NCBI GenBank assembly: GCA_964275345.1
Contig: CAXYBK010000003.1
Location: 569,636 to 633,635 of the forward strand
DNA from: an uncultured SAR86 cluster bacterium
GTDB taxonomy: Bacteria > Pseudomonadota > Gammaproteobacteria > Magnimaribacterales > D2472
Direction of reading: 5' to 3'
DNA length: 64,000 nucleotides
The notes beneath the pieces are model-generated. The model did no database searches. It was not told the origin of the DNA and was given only the letters and a program-made list of their open reading frames with translations. Both the position numbers and the translations under genes were made by a program. Below, in pieces: positions 19,271 to 28,784 of the stretch. The stretch's first letter is position 1, and each line of letters begins with the position of its first letter.

Positions 19271-20484
19271 TGGCAGACAATATAACAAAAGTATTTAATT
19301 GGGTTAATCATAGGCTGCCGATTCAAAATACCTATGAAAGACATTTATCTAAGCATCCTGTTCCTAAAAAAGTTAATTTTTGGTATCTTTTTGGTGCATT
19401 AGCAGCTGTTGTTTTAATAATACAAATAGTTTCAGGTATATGGCTAATCATGCTTTATACGCCAGGAGAGGCAGCATTTTCTTCCATAGAATATATGATG
19501 AGAGATGTAGATTATGGCTGGGCTATTAGATATATGCATACTACTGGTGCATCTATGTTCTTTGCTGTTGTTTATCTTCATATGTTTAGAGGATTGCTAT
19601 ACGGCTCTTACCAGAAGCCAAAAGAGCTTGTTTGGATTTTTGGTTGCACTATTTATCTTGCCATGATGGCTGAAGGGTTTTTAGGCTATGTATTACCTTA
19701 TGGTCAAATGTCTTACTGGGGTGCTCAAGTTATTATTTCTCTATTTGGTGCATTGCCATATATCGGAGAATCTTTAGAATTATGGATTCGTGGTGATTAT
19801 TATATTTCTGGCATAACTGTTAATAGATTCTTTGCTCTTCATGTAGTTGCACTTCCCTTAGTTTTAATTGCTCTTGTATTTCTTCACTTAATTGCACTTC
19901 ATGAAGTGGGCGCTGGTAATCCAGAAGGTGTTGATATTGAGGCTCATACTGACGAAGATGGAGTTCCTTTAGATAGTGTTCCTTTTTTCCCATATAAAGT
20001 TCTTAATGCTCTTGTTGGAATTGGTGTCTTCATGACCGTATTTGCAATTATTATGTTCTTCTTTCCAGAAGGCGGTGGATATTTCATTGAATATGCAAAT
20101 TATGAAGAAGCAAACCCACTAGTTACCCCAGATCATATTGCTCCTGTTTGGTACTATTCTCCTTACTATTCTATTTTAAGAGCCGTTCCAGACAAACTTG
20201 GAGGCTTTGCTGCTATGGGAGCTGCAGTGGCAATATTCTTTGTCGTGCCATGGCTAGATAGAAGTAAGGTTGCATCTATTAGATATAAAGGAATTCTTAG
20301 TAAGATCGCTTTAGTCTTATTTGGGATAAGCTTTCTAACTTTAGGTTACCTTGGAACAGTAAGTGTTACTGAGCATAGAAAAACAATGGGTGTGATTTGT
20401 ACCTTTATCTATTTCAGTTATTTCTTATTAATGCCAATCTATACAAGCATTGAGAAAACAAAGCCTGTACCAGATAGACTATGA
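19270..20484 (+). CDS. petB: Cytochrome b (bc1 complex)
   Basis: 404 aa polytopic protein. ..IRYMHTTGASMFF.., ..FFALHVVALP.., ..PEWYF-like PVWYYSPYYSILR. Start overlaps the petA stop. Confidence 0.96.
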   Translation: MADNITKVFNWVNHRLPIQNTYERHLSKHPVPKKVNFWYLFGALAAVVLIIQIVSGIWLIMLYTPGEAAFSSIEYMMRDVDYGWAIRYMHTTGASMFFAVVYLHMFRGLLYGSYQKPKELVWIFGCTIYLAMMAEGFLGYVLPYGQMSYWGAQVIISLFGALPYIGESLELWIRGDYYISGITVNRFFALHVVALPLVLIALVFLHLIALHEVGAGNPEGVDIEAHTDEDGVPLDSVPFFPYKVLNALVGIGVFMTVFAIIMFFFPEGGGYFIEYANYEEANPLVTPDHIAPVWYYSPYYSILRAVPDKLGGFAAMGAAVAIFFVVPWLDRSKVASIRYKGILSKIALVLFGISFLTLGYLGTVSVTEHRKTMGVICTFIYFSYFLLMPIYTSIEKTKPVPDRL

Positions 20485-21314
20485 TCAGCATAAGAAAACT
20501 ACCTAGTAAACAAGTATCGATGCAAGGATTTCTTTTACTATTTATCTTTTTCATATACTTTAATTTAGAAGCTGCAGAAGGGGCGCCATGCAAAGATTAC
20601 GGTGAATGTGATGAATTTAAGCATTCCCTAAAAGATATGTCTTCTCTTCAAAGCGGAGCCTCAACTTTCTTAACTTATTGTTACGGTTGTCATTCTCTAG
20701 AATATTCTAGATGGAATAGAGTTGCTAAAGATTTACAAATACCCGAAGAGATTTTTTTTGATAATTTAATCTTTGATCCTTCTATTAAGCCAGGAGATTT
20801 AATGGCTGGTTCTATGTCAAAGGAAGAGTCCGCAGAATGGTTTGGAGTTGCACCACCTGATCTAACGCTTGTTACTAGATTGCATGGCTCAGACTGGGTT
20901 TATACGTATTTAAGAACATTCTATGAAGACTCTTCAAAGCAATATGGAGTAAATAATTTAGTTTATCCAGGAGCCGCAATGCCTAACGTGCTAGCAGCAC
21001 TTCAAGGTAATCAACAACTAACTTGCAAACAAGTTCCAATTATTGCTAATAATGGTGGTGAGAAAAGAGACAATTCTGGCAATCCAGTAACTAAAGAAAA
21101 GTGTGGGTTTTTGAATGTAGAAGAAGGAACAGGATCTCTAAATCAAGAGGAGTTCGACCTTCTTATATATGACCTAACTAATTTTTTAACTTATGTGGGA
21201 GATCCTGATAAGGTTGAGCGTGAAAGAATAGGCTGGTATGTGGTATTCTTCTTCATTATTTTTACAACTCTTTCATCTCTTTTATACAGAGAATACCAAA
21301 AAGACTATCATTAG
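20481..21314 (+). CDS. petC: Cytochrome c1 (bc1 complex)
   Basis: 277 aa. Signal sequence, heme-binding CYGCHS, C-terminal TM anchor (WYVVFFFIIFTTLSSLL). Follows petAB. Confidence 0.9.
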   Translation: MISIRKLPSKQVSMQGFLLLFIFFIYFNLEAAEGAPCKDYGECDEFKHSLKDMSSLQSGASTFLTYCYGCHSLEYSRWNRVAKDLQIPEEIFFDNLIFDPSIKPGDLMAGSMSKEESAEWFGVAPPDLTLVTRLHGSDWVYTYLRTFYEDSSKQYGVNNLVYPGAAMPNVLAALQGNQQLTCKQVPIIANNGGEKRDNSGNPVTKEKCGFLNVEEGTGSLNQEEFDLLIYDLTNFLTYVGDPDKVERERIGWYVVFFFIIFTTLSSLLYREYQKDYH

Positions 21315-21326
21315 GAAAAATACAAT

Positions 21327-21938
21327 ATGATTTTATATTCAGACAGAGACGACCATTACAGCCAAAGAGTAAGAATAGTTCTTGCTGAAAAAGATATAAC
21401 TTGCGAAATCAGAGAATCCTCTTTGGAGGAAACATCTGAAGAAATTCTATCAATCAACCCATATCACAAACTTCCTATATTAGTTGATAGAGAGCTTGGG
21501 CTTTATGATACCGGTGTAATGATGGAGTATTTAGATGAAAGGTTTCCTCATCCACCTTTGCTTCCTGTATACCCAGTTGCTCGAGCGAACTGCAGAACAT
21601 TGATGTTAAGAATTGATAAAGAGTGGTGTCCGATGGTAGATACATTAATTGAAAAGAAATTATCTGATAAAGAGTTAATTAAAGTCAGAGAAGAATTACT
21701 TCATGAGATAGCTTCCATAGCATCAACTTTTAAAGAATTTCAATTTTTTATGAGTGATGAGTTTTCTCTAGTTGATTGTTGTTTTGGGCCTATTCTTTGG
21801 AGACTTCCATCTATTGGAATTAATCTTCCTGTAAATAGACATCTAAAACCCTTACTCGATTATCAAAAAAGAATTTTTGAAAGACCTGGATTTCTTGACA
21901 GCTTATCTCCATTAGAAAGAGATCTTAGGGAAGAGTAA
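21327..21938 (+). CDS. sspA: Stringent starvation protein A (GST-like)
   Basis: 203 aa GST fold (..YSQRVRIVLAEK.., ..INPYHKLPILVDRE..LYDTGVMMEYLDERFPHPPLLP..). Conserved position after rplM-rpsI-petABC. Confidence 0.9.
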   Translation: MILYSDRDDHYSQRVRIVLAEKDITCEIRESSLEETSEEILSINPYHKLPILVDRELGLYDTGVMMEYLDERFPHPPLLPVYPVARANCRTLMLRIDKEWCPMVDTLIEKKLSDKELIKVREELLHEIASIASTFKEFQFFMSDEFSLVDCCFGPILWRLPSIGINLPVNRHLKPLLDYQKRIFERPGFLDSLSPLERDLREE

Positions 21939-23124
21939 AAATACCCTCAGAATTTATTCTCTTAAGAGGCAGTTTTCTTGAAATACATTTGCCTTCCCTT
22001 AAATGTAAAATTCCACTTCTTCCATTTACAACGGCTTCTTTAATTCCACTTTGTGACAGGTAAGAAGTTAAAAGTAAATCATAAAGATTATCAAAAATTA
22101 ACCTATCTTTTATAGAAGCATTTTTTTTAAATTGATCTAAAAAAATATCATCACCAAAATGATTTGGAGCAGGCATTATTAATGATTCAAAATCAACAAT
22201 CCCATTTATGTTATTAACGCTCTCAATCAAGTTGCTTGAAGCATAAGAATTAATACCAATTGAGTAGTTATACCTAAATGCTGGCACAAGCCCCTTTGCA
22301 TTTTTATAAGACATTAAAAAATAAATATTTTTAATATCCTCACGAACTCTTGGAATATTATTAATTTTTACATTTGGAAGTAAAGCATTAATTCTTTTAT
22401 ATCTTTCCGAGCTGTCTGATACCCCTAAGACATTAGAAGCAAATTGCTCATATCCTTCATCAGAAAATAATACAGATCTAAGATTGCTAAAATTACTGTT
22501 TAATCTTCTTTCCTGGCCTTTAAAAGTATTTTCGTAAATAACAAGAGTTTCCTTTCCATCAAATACACTGTCACTAAAAATAACTGCCTCAATAGAACTT
22601 AATTGATCATCCTGAAATGAATTACAGAATCCTGGCAATGCTTCATTTAAAATATTTTTGCTTATAATATTTTTAGCACTATTTACAAAAATTAAATTAA
22701 ATTCTGTATCTATATTGATAGATGCTTGTATTAAAATCTTTTTATACTTCTCATCTATCTTAATTGTAAGATTTGTAGCCTGCCTGCCTTGCAATTTTTT
22801 AGTGTTTCTTAATATGCCTTCAATAATGTTCTTTCCATAGGGAGATAAATTATCTGAGACATCTTCTATTACCTTATAAGTCTTATTAACATCAAGCGAT
22901 TCATATTTCAGCAATTCAAGAATTAAGTCTCTATCAATTCTAGATTTTTCTTTATTAAGCTCATTTTCAAAAAAGAGATCATCCGCAGCAAGAAGCTCAG
23001 TAAAATCATTTTGTTTTTGATCTTCATTTAATTTAAAACCATTATTTGAGGATGTAGCGCAACTATTTAGTAGCATTATTGCTAAAATAAAAGAGAATTT
23101 TGTATGCAGTGAGTTTTTTTTCAA
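21925..23124 (-). CDS. lpoA: LpoA-like lipoprotein (penicillin-binding protein 1A activator family)
   Basis: 399 aa, TTG start, lipoprotein-like signal (..ILAIMLLNSC). C-terminal blocks ..PRVREDIKNIYFLMSYKNAKGLVPAFRYNY..INSYASS.. and ..VNGRSGILHLREGKCISRKL.. resemble the LpoA C-domain. Divergent from rsmI, as lpoA (yraM) is in E. coli. Confidence 0.65.
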   Translation of the reverse strand: MKKNSLHTKFSFILAIMLLNSCATSSNNGFKLNEDQKQNDFTELLAADDLFFENELNKEKSRIDRDLILELLKYESLDVNKTYKVIEDVSDNLSPYGKNIIEGILRNTKKLQGRQATNLTIKIDEKYKKILIQASINIDTEFNLIFVNSAKNIISKNILNEALPGFCNSFQDDQLSSIEAVIFSDSVFDGKETLVIYENTFKGQERRLNSNFSNLRSVLFSDEGYEQFASNVLGVSDSSERYKRINALLPNVKINNIPRVREDIKNIYFLMSYKNAKGLVPAFRYNYSIGINSYASSNLIESVNNINGIVDFESLIMPAPNHFGDDIFLDQFKKNASIKDRLIFDNLYDLLLTSYLSQSGIKEAVVNGRSGILHLREGKCISRKLPLKRINSEGIFTLP

Positions 23125-23134
23125 AAGAGAGTTT

Positions 23135-23950
23135 ATGTTAAATTTTATATGTAGTCCTATTGGTAATTTAAATGATATCTCTATGAGGTCAATAAGTCTC
23201 CTAGAGGTAGCAGATTTTATTTATGCTGAAGATACTAGAAACACAAATAAATTGCTAACCAAATTTAACATTAATAAAAAATCTAAATCGTTTCATGAAC
23301 ATAATGAAATAAAAATTACTCCAGCGATTATTGAACAACTTAATGCTGGCTTTGAAATAGCTATAATTTCTGATGCTGGAGCTCCATGCATTTCTGATCC
23401 TGGATATTTCTTATCTCAAGAATGCATTAAAAATAATATAGAATTTACTGTATTGCCAGGCCCATCATCTGTAATTAATGCATTAATCTTATCTGGACTT
23501 CCTTCAAATGCATTTAGTTTTAAAGGATTTTTTCCAAGAAAAAGAAATGCACAAATAGAAATGATGCAGTATTTATCAAGAGTGAACGAAACAGTGGTTT
23601 TTTTTGAATCGGCAAAAAGAATAAAATCCACAGTATCTATTTTTGCTGAATATTTATCCTTAAATAGAAAAGTCATTTTATGTAGAGAAATGACAAAAAA
23701 ATATGAAGAAACTATCAGAGGTTCTTTGCAAGATTTACAAGCTAAAATTGAAAATGATGAAATTACTTTAAAAGGAGAGTTTGTAATTGTTATCGAGGGT
23801 ACTGAAGAAAATACTTTCGATTTAAATTTCAGTAATAAAATTAAAGAATTATATTTAGAGCATTTACCTGCCAAAGATGCAGCTAAATTAATTTCAGCTT
23901 TATCAAATCAAAGTAAAAGAGAAGTTTATAAGTGGCTGATAGATAAATAA
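23135..23950 (+). CDS. rsmI: 16S rRNA (cytidine1402-2'-O)-methyltransferase RsmI
   Basis: 271 aa. ..IYAEDTRNTNKLL.., ..ISDAGAPCISDPG.., tetrapyrrole-methylase-like fold pattern. Conserved lpoA/rsmI divergent pair. Confidence 0.9.
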   Translation: MLNFICSPIGNLNDISMRSISLLEVADFIYAEDTRNTNKLLTKFNINKKSKSFHEHNEIKITPAIIEQLNAGFEIAIISDAGAPCISDPGYFLSQECIKNNIEFTVLPGPSSVINALILSGLPSNAFSFKGFFPRKRNAQIEMMQYLSRVNETVVFFESAKRIKSTVSIFAEYLSLNRKVILCREMTKKYEETIRGSLQDLQAKIENDEITLKGEFVIVIEGTEENTFDLNFSNKIKELYLEHLPAKDAAKLISALSNQSKREVYKWLIDK

Positions 23951-23964
23951 ATGACTATAATCTC

Positions 23965-24300
23965 AGCCGAGTTGGTCAGATGATCGCTAAAATTTATTTT
24001 AGAGGAAAGTCCGGACTTCATAGAGCAGGGCGCCAGGTAACTCCTGGGAGGCGTAAGCCTACGGATAGTGCAGCAGAAAATATACCGCCAATTTTATTGG
24101 TAAGGGTGAAAAGGTGCGGTAAGAGCGCACCGCTTAAATGGTAACATTTGAGGCATTGTAAACCCCAGCCCGAAGCAAGACCAAATAGAAATCCTTAGGC
24201 TGCTCGTTTAGGATTTGGGTAGGTTGCTAGAGCATTGTGGTGACACATTGCCAAGATAGATGATCATCTTTTACAGAATCCGGCTTACAGACCAACTCAT
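23965..24300 (+). ncRNA. rnpB: RNase P RNA, bacterial type A
   Basis: Universal CR elements read directly: GAGGAAAGTCCGGAC.. near the 5' end, ..GGTAAGGGTGAAAAGGTGCGGTAAGAGCGCACCG.., ..ACAGAATCCGGCTTACAG.. near the 3' end. The P1 helix forms between GAGTTGGTC (23969..23977) and GACCAACTC (24290..24298). TATAAT at about 23956..23961 is positioned as a -10. Sits between rsmI and mraZ, as in Pseudomonas. Confidence 0.93.
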
Positions 24301-24319
24301 TTTTTTAAATATATTAAAA

Positions 24320-24359
24320 AAAGTGTGTGAAAGTGTGTAAAAAATGTTATAAAGTGTGT
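24320..24359 (+). promoter_or_regulatory. Putative MraZ operator: phased AAAGTGT direct repeats in the mraZ (dcw) promoter region
   Basis: AAAGTGTgtg AAAGTGTgta AAAaaTGTtat AAAGTGTgtt. Three exact copies and one degenerate copy start at about 24320, 24330, 24341 and 24351 (10-11 bp phasing), 30-65 bp upstream of the mraZ ATG. Confidence 0.55.
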
Positions 24360-24386
24360 TAATTAATTAAATAGTTAACAACTTTT

Positions 24387-24854
24387 ATGTTTGGATACAA
24401 TACGATATCTATAGATCAAAAGAACAGGTTCTCAATACCTGCTAAATATCGTGCTGATTTCTTAGAAACTAACGAATCAGAAGTTATAGTCACTAAAGAT
24501 CCTCAATATCCCTCTTTAAAATTATACAAAGGTTCTGAGTGGCAGATAATTTCAACTAAACTTCAATCATTACAGGGATTAGATCCGATTGTAAGGAATT
24601 TACAATGGACTATATTAGGTAATGCAAGTGTTACAGATTTTGATCCAAGTGGCAGAATGCTAATTCTTCTTCCCGAAGACCTCAGAAATTATGCCCAGTT
24701 AGATAATAATAATAAGATTTCATTTATCGGTATGGGTAATAAATTTGAAATTTGGAATACAGAGAATTGGAATTTACGACAAACTGGAGGAACTTTAGCT
24801 ACAGAAATTTTAGATGTTGTTCTTCCTACAAGCATAAAAGAAATGTCTTTTTAA
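24387..24854 (+). CDS. mraZ: Transcriptional regulator MraZ
   Basis: 155 aa. Two SpoVT/AbrB-like halves (..DQKNRFSIPAKYR.. and ..DPSGRMLILLPEDLRNYA..). First gene of the dcw cluster. Confidence 0.92.
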   Translation: MFGYNTISIDQKNRFSIPAKYRADFLETNESEVIVTKDPQYPSLKLYKGSEWQIISTKLQSLQGLDPIVRNLQWTILGNASVTDFDPSGRMLILLPEDLRNYAQLDNNNKISFIGMGNKFEIWNTENWNLRQTGGTLATEILDVVLPTSIKEMSF

Positions 24855-24867
24855 AAAGGGGATAGGT

Positions 24868-25992
24868 ATGAACTGGGAAGTAGTAGATCAACATAATCAA
24901 CAAGCCAGAATAAAAGTAATTGGAGTTGGAGGAGCTGGCGGAAACGCAGTCATCCATATGATTAACCATGATATTCAAGGTGTTGATTTTATATGTGCTA
25001 ATACCGATACACAGGCTCTTGCAAGAGCAGATGGAGCTATATCACTAAAATTAGGTAGTAACCTTACAAAAGGCTTAGGTGCTGGAGCAAATCCTGAAGT
25101 TGGCCGCCAAGCTGCAGAGGGAGACAGAGAAGCAATTCAGGAACTCCTAGGTGATGCTGATATGATTTTTATAACGGCTGGCATGGGAGGAGGTACTGGA
25201 ACTGGTGCTGCTCCTGTAGTCGCGTCAATTGCAAAAGAAATGGGTGCATTAACTGTAGCCGTTGTAACAAAACCTTTTAAGTTTGAAGGTAAAAGAAGAA
25301 TGAGTTCCGCTGAACAGGGCTTAGCTGCATTAGTTGAAGAAGTTGACAGCCTCATAACAATCCCAAATCAAAGACTTATTGAAGTCCTTGGAGGCAATAC
25401 AACAATGACTGATGCATTTGCTAAAGCAGATGACGTTTTAAAGGGAGCAGTTCAAGGAATATCAGACATCATCATGAAAGATGGTCTCATAAATGTTGAT
25501 TTCAATGATGTAAGAACAGTTATGTCTGAAAAAGGAATAGCAATGATGGGCACTGGAAGATCTAGTGGTAAAGATAGAGCTTCTGAAGCAGCATCTCAAG
25601 CTGTAGGAAGTGAATTACTTGAAGATATCGATTTAAAAGATGCTAGAGGAGTTCTAGTTAATATCACTGGGAAAGAGCCAACTTTAAATGATTACGAAGA
25701 AGTAAGTAATATTGTTGAAGAGTTTACAGCTGAAGATGCTTATGTAATTTACGGAACAGTAATTGATAAGGATATTGATGATGACTTGTTGGTAACTATT
25801 GTTGCCACTGGTGTTAATCAAAAAGCTCCAACATTAGCAGTGGATAATAAAAGAAGCGCTTCTATAAAACTAAATCCAGTAGGATTAGGAAGAGAAGTTC
25901 AAGTTAATACAAGTCAAGAAGTTGGCACATCGTCTGCAGAGGCATTAGATTTCCTTGATGTGCCGACTTTTATGCGAAAACAAGTAGACTAA
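24868..25992 (+). CDS. ftsZ: Cell division GTPase FtsZ (in a non-canonical position within the dcw cluster)
   Basis: 374 aa. IKVIGVGGAGGNAV, tubulin signature GGGTGTGAAPV, T7 loop NVDFNDV, conserved C-terminal peptide DFLDVPTFMRKQVD. Good SD (AGGGGA) 13 nt after the mraZ stop. rsmH ATG lies 1 nt after its stop. Confidence 0.97.
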   Translation: MNWEVVDQHNQQARIKVIGVGGAGGNAVIHMINHDIQGVDFICANTDTQALARADGAISLKLGSNLTKGLGAGANPEVGRQAAEGDREAIQELLGDADMIFITAGMGGGTGTGAAPVVASIAKEMGALTVAVVTKPFKFEGKRRMSSAEQGLAALVEEVDSLITIPNQRLIEVLGGNTTMTDAFAKADDVLKGAVQGISDIIMKDGLINVDFNDVRTVMSEKGIAMMGTGRSSGKDRASEAASQAVGSELLEDIDLKDARGVLVNITGKEPTLNDYEEVSNIVEEFTAEDAYVIYGTVIDKDIDDDLLVTIVATGVNQKAPTLAVDNKRSASIKLNPVGLGREVQVNTSQEVGTSSAEALDFLDVPTFMRKQVD

Positions 25993-25993
25993 A

Positions 25994-26893
25994 ATGCTCC
26001 ATTTTCCAGTATTGCTGGAAGAATCTATTGGTTTTCTAGTTGATAATAAAAGTGGCTCATTCCTAGATTGCACATTTGGGAGAGGTGGCCATTCTAAATC
26101 TATTTTAAACACAATCACTGATCAAGGTGAACTCACGGCTTTTGACAAAGATCCCGATGCTGTTGAATATGCAGATAATTCAATTAAAGACCCTAGATTT
26201 AAAATTATTCATAAATCATTTAATGAAATAGATTCAATCTTTAAAGCTAGATCTCTTGATGGGATATTGTTTGATCTAGGAACTTGCTCAACTCATTTCG
26301 ACGATAAGTCCAGAGGGTTTAGTTTTCAAGATACCGGTCCATTGGATATGAGATTTAATTTTAATACCGGTTATCCTGTTTCTGAATGGATAAATACAAC
26401 AAATGAAAAAGATTTAGTGGATGTTTTATTTAAATATGGTCAAGAAAAAAATGCTCGATCTATAGCAAAAGCAATTTGTATATCAAGAAAAGAATCATCC
26501 ATAGAGACAACGTCTCAACTAGCAGACATTATCGTATCTGTTTCTTCAAAGAAATATACAAAGATTCATCCGGCTACAAAGTCCTTTCAAGCATTTAGAA
26601 TTTTTATAAATAATGAGTTAGAGGAATTAGAGCAAGCTCTTGAAAAATCTAAGCAACTAATCAAGATAGGTGGAAAAATTGTTGTTATTTCATTTCACTC
26701 TCTTGAAGATTCAATTGTTAAAAATTCTTTTAAAACTAAGATCCAAGCATTTCCAAAAGAAATACCTATTAATCCAATTATTACGAAAGAATTTGACTGC
26801 ATTGCAAGAAAAATAAGACCATCATCAGATGAGATTAGTAAAAATAAGCGCTCTAGAAGTGCAATTATGAGGGTTTTTAAGAAACTTCCATGA
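25994..26893 (+). CDS. rsmH: 16S rRNA (cytosine1402-N4)-methyltransferase RsmH (MraW)
   Basis: 299 aa. HFPVLLEE.., DCTFGRGGHS, ..ILFDLG.., ..VISFHSLEDSIVK... Confidence 0.95.
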   Translation: MLHFPVLLEESIGFLVDNKSGSFLDCTFGRGGHSKSILNTITDQGELTAFDKDPDAVEYADNSIKDPRFKIIHKSFNEIDSIFKARSLDGILFDLGTCSTHFDDKSRGFSFQDTGPLDMRFNFNTGYPVSEWINTTNEKDLVDVLFKYGQEKNARSIAKAICISRKESSIETTSQLADIIVSVSSKKYTKIHPATKSFQAFRIFINNELEELEQALEKSKQLIKIGGKIVVISFHSLEDSIVKNSFKTKIQAFPKEIPINPIITKEFDCIARKIRPSSDEISKNKRSRSAIMRVFKKLP

Positions 26894-27159
26894 AATTGAG
26901 CAATATTCTAATTTTTTCTATTCAAATATCCTTAATATTGTTTTTATCATTTGAGCAAATAAAAGTTAGGTGGGAGATAAGTATTTTATACGGCAACCAA
27001 GACAAAATTAATCTTGAGTATCAAAATCTTAAAGAAGAAGAATATAAACTTAAAACAGAAGTTTACTTTTTAAATTCTCCAGCAAGAGTTGAAAAATATG
27101 CCAAAGAAAAACTTTTTATGCAAAAAGTAAAACCTAAAATTATAAAGATAGAAAAATGA
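26890..27159 (+). CDS. ftsL: Cell division protein FtsL
   Basis: 89 aa. Single TM plus a coiled-coil-like stretch. Conserved slot between rsmH and ftsI, with both junctions overlapping. Confidence 0.75.
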   Translation: MKLSNILIFSIQISLILFLSFEQIKVRWEISILYGNQDKINLEYQNLKEEEYKLKTEVYFLNSPARVEKYAKEKLFMQKVKPKIIKIEK

Positions 27160-28784
27160 AGAAATTAAACTATTTTAATTGGAGATTTTTTCTTATTATG
27201 ATTTTTTTAATTGCTTCTGTAATAGCGATTTTTATTAGAGTTATTTACCTTCAAATTGATAAAGAAAACTTTTTAAAAAATTGGGGACAAAATCAACATA
27301 TTGCATACAGAGAAGTTCCTTCAATAAGAGGAACTATTTACGATCGAAATAATATACCTCTTGCCATTTCATTAACTCATTATGATTTATATGCTTTAAG
27401 AAATTTTAGTAAAGATGATTATGTAAAGTTACAAAATATAATTAACATCGATACTTCTTTTGAAAAGATAGCTGCAAAGAATAAGAAAATCTTGATTCAA
27501 AAAAGTCTATCTCCCGATGTAATCAATTTAATTAAAAACTCTTCCTTACATCATTATGAGATAGAAATAAGATTTTCAAGACATTATCCTCTTGCAGATC
27601 AAATTGCACCTTTAGTAGGCTTTTCAGGAAAGGATAATTATGGTCTTGAGGGCATCGAAAAGAGTTATAACTCATTACTATCAGGACAAGATGGTAGAGA
27701 AAAGTACTATAAAAATAGAAAAGGCGATATTATTTCAAAAGCTATTAGTACTAAAATTCAAGAACCAGGCCATGATCTTCATCTTACTATTGATAGCAAT
27801 ATCCAATTTTTTACTTATAAAAAGTTAGCAGAAGCAATCGAGGAAACTAAAGCTAAAAGTGGGACCGCAATTGTTTTGGATAATACAAGTGGTGAAATTT
27901 TAGCAATGGCTAGCTATCCTTCATACAATCCTAATAACCCCAACAGAAAGCCTCAAAAAAATGGCGCACTTCTTGATAAATATGAACCAGGATCTGTTTT
28001 AAAACCAATTGCTATGGCTAAGGCCCTTGATATGGAGCTAATTAATATAGATGACCCTTTTGATACCTCACCTGGATATATTTCTTTAAATAATTATTCT
28101 ATTAGTGATTATAAAAATCATGGAGTTTTGAAAGCATATGAAATTATTACTTATTCAAGTCAGGTTGGAGCATCTAAGGTCGCCTTAATGCTTGGTGCTG
28201 ATAATATTATTTCAACATACAAAAAATTTGGTTTCAGTAAACCAATTAATGTTAATTTTCCATCTGCAACATTTGGTCAAATTAATAATAGAGAAAATAT
28301 GTCAGATATAGAAATTGCTAATCTTGGGTTTGGCTATGGTCTTGATGCTAGTCCATTTCAAATTGCATCGGCTTTTTCAGTCTTTGCAAATGAAGGTGTT
28401 TATAAAGAATTTACATTAATCATGAATGATGAATATAAATATGAAGAAAGAGTTATCTCCAAAGAAACAGCAAATAAAATATTATTTTCTTTAAAAGATG
28501 TTGTTGAGAACGGATCAGGCCGAAAAGCAAAAGTACCAGGATTTAATATAGGTGGTAAGACAGGAACATCTCATAAGAGTGAAAAGGGAGGCGGATATGC
28601 AAAAAGTATCTATACAGCATCATTTGCTGGCATAGCGCCACTAGATAGTAAAGATCTTACTATTTTTGTTTCTATTTATCAGCCTGGCTTGAATGCATAC
28701 ACAGGTGGGGACATAGCAGCACCTTTGTTCTCAGAAATTGCTTCTGATACCCTTAATTATTTAGGATATTTTGAGAGTGAATGA
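27156..28784 (+). CDS. ftsI: Peptidoglycan D,D-transpeptidase FtsI (PBP3)
   Basis: 542 aa. N-terminal TM. Penicillin-binding motifs S-V-L-K (PGSVLKP), SSQ (YSSQVG), KTGT (GGKTGTS). Confidence 0.93.
   Translation: MKKLNYFNWRFFLIMIFLIASVIAIFIRVIYLQIDKENFLKNWGQNQHIAYREVPSIRGTIYDRNNIPLAISLTHYDLYALRNFSKDDYVKLQNIINIDTSFEKIAAKNKKILIQKSLSPDVINLIKNSSLHHYEIEIRFSRHYPLADQIAPLVGFSGKDNYGLEGIEKSYNSLLSGQDGREKYYKNRKGDIISKAISTKIQEPGHDLHLTIDSNIQFFTYKKLAEAIEETKAKSGTAIVLDNTSGEILAMASYPSYNPNNPNRKPQKNGALLDKYEPGSVLKPIAMAKALDMELINIDDPFDTSPGYISLNNYSISDYKNHGVLKAYEIITYSSQVGASKVALMLGADNIISTYKKFGFSKPINVNFPSATFGQINNRENMSDIEIANLGFGYGLDASPFQIASAFSVFANEGVYKEFTLIMNDEYKYEERVISKETANKILFSLKDVVENGSGRKAKVPGFNIGGKTGTSHKSEKGGGYAKSIYTASFAGIAPLDSKDLTIFVSIYQPGLNAYTGGDIAAPLFSEIASDTLNYLGYFESE

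Noticed and set aside
19089-19298. 69-aa ORF spanning the petA/petB junction
   Set aside because: It is out of frame with both well-supported genes. The Rieske CPCHGS motif is encoded in the overlapping petA frame.
23416-23874. 152-aa minus-strand ORF, the longest unexplained ORF in the track
   Set aside because: It is fully contained antisense within rsmI, whose translation has clear family motifs. Its own translation is Lys/Ser/Phe-rich with no recognisable domain. This is typical of shadow frames in AT-rich DNA.
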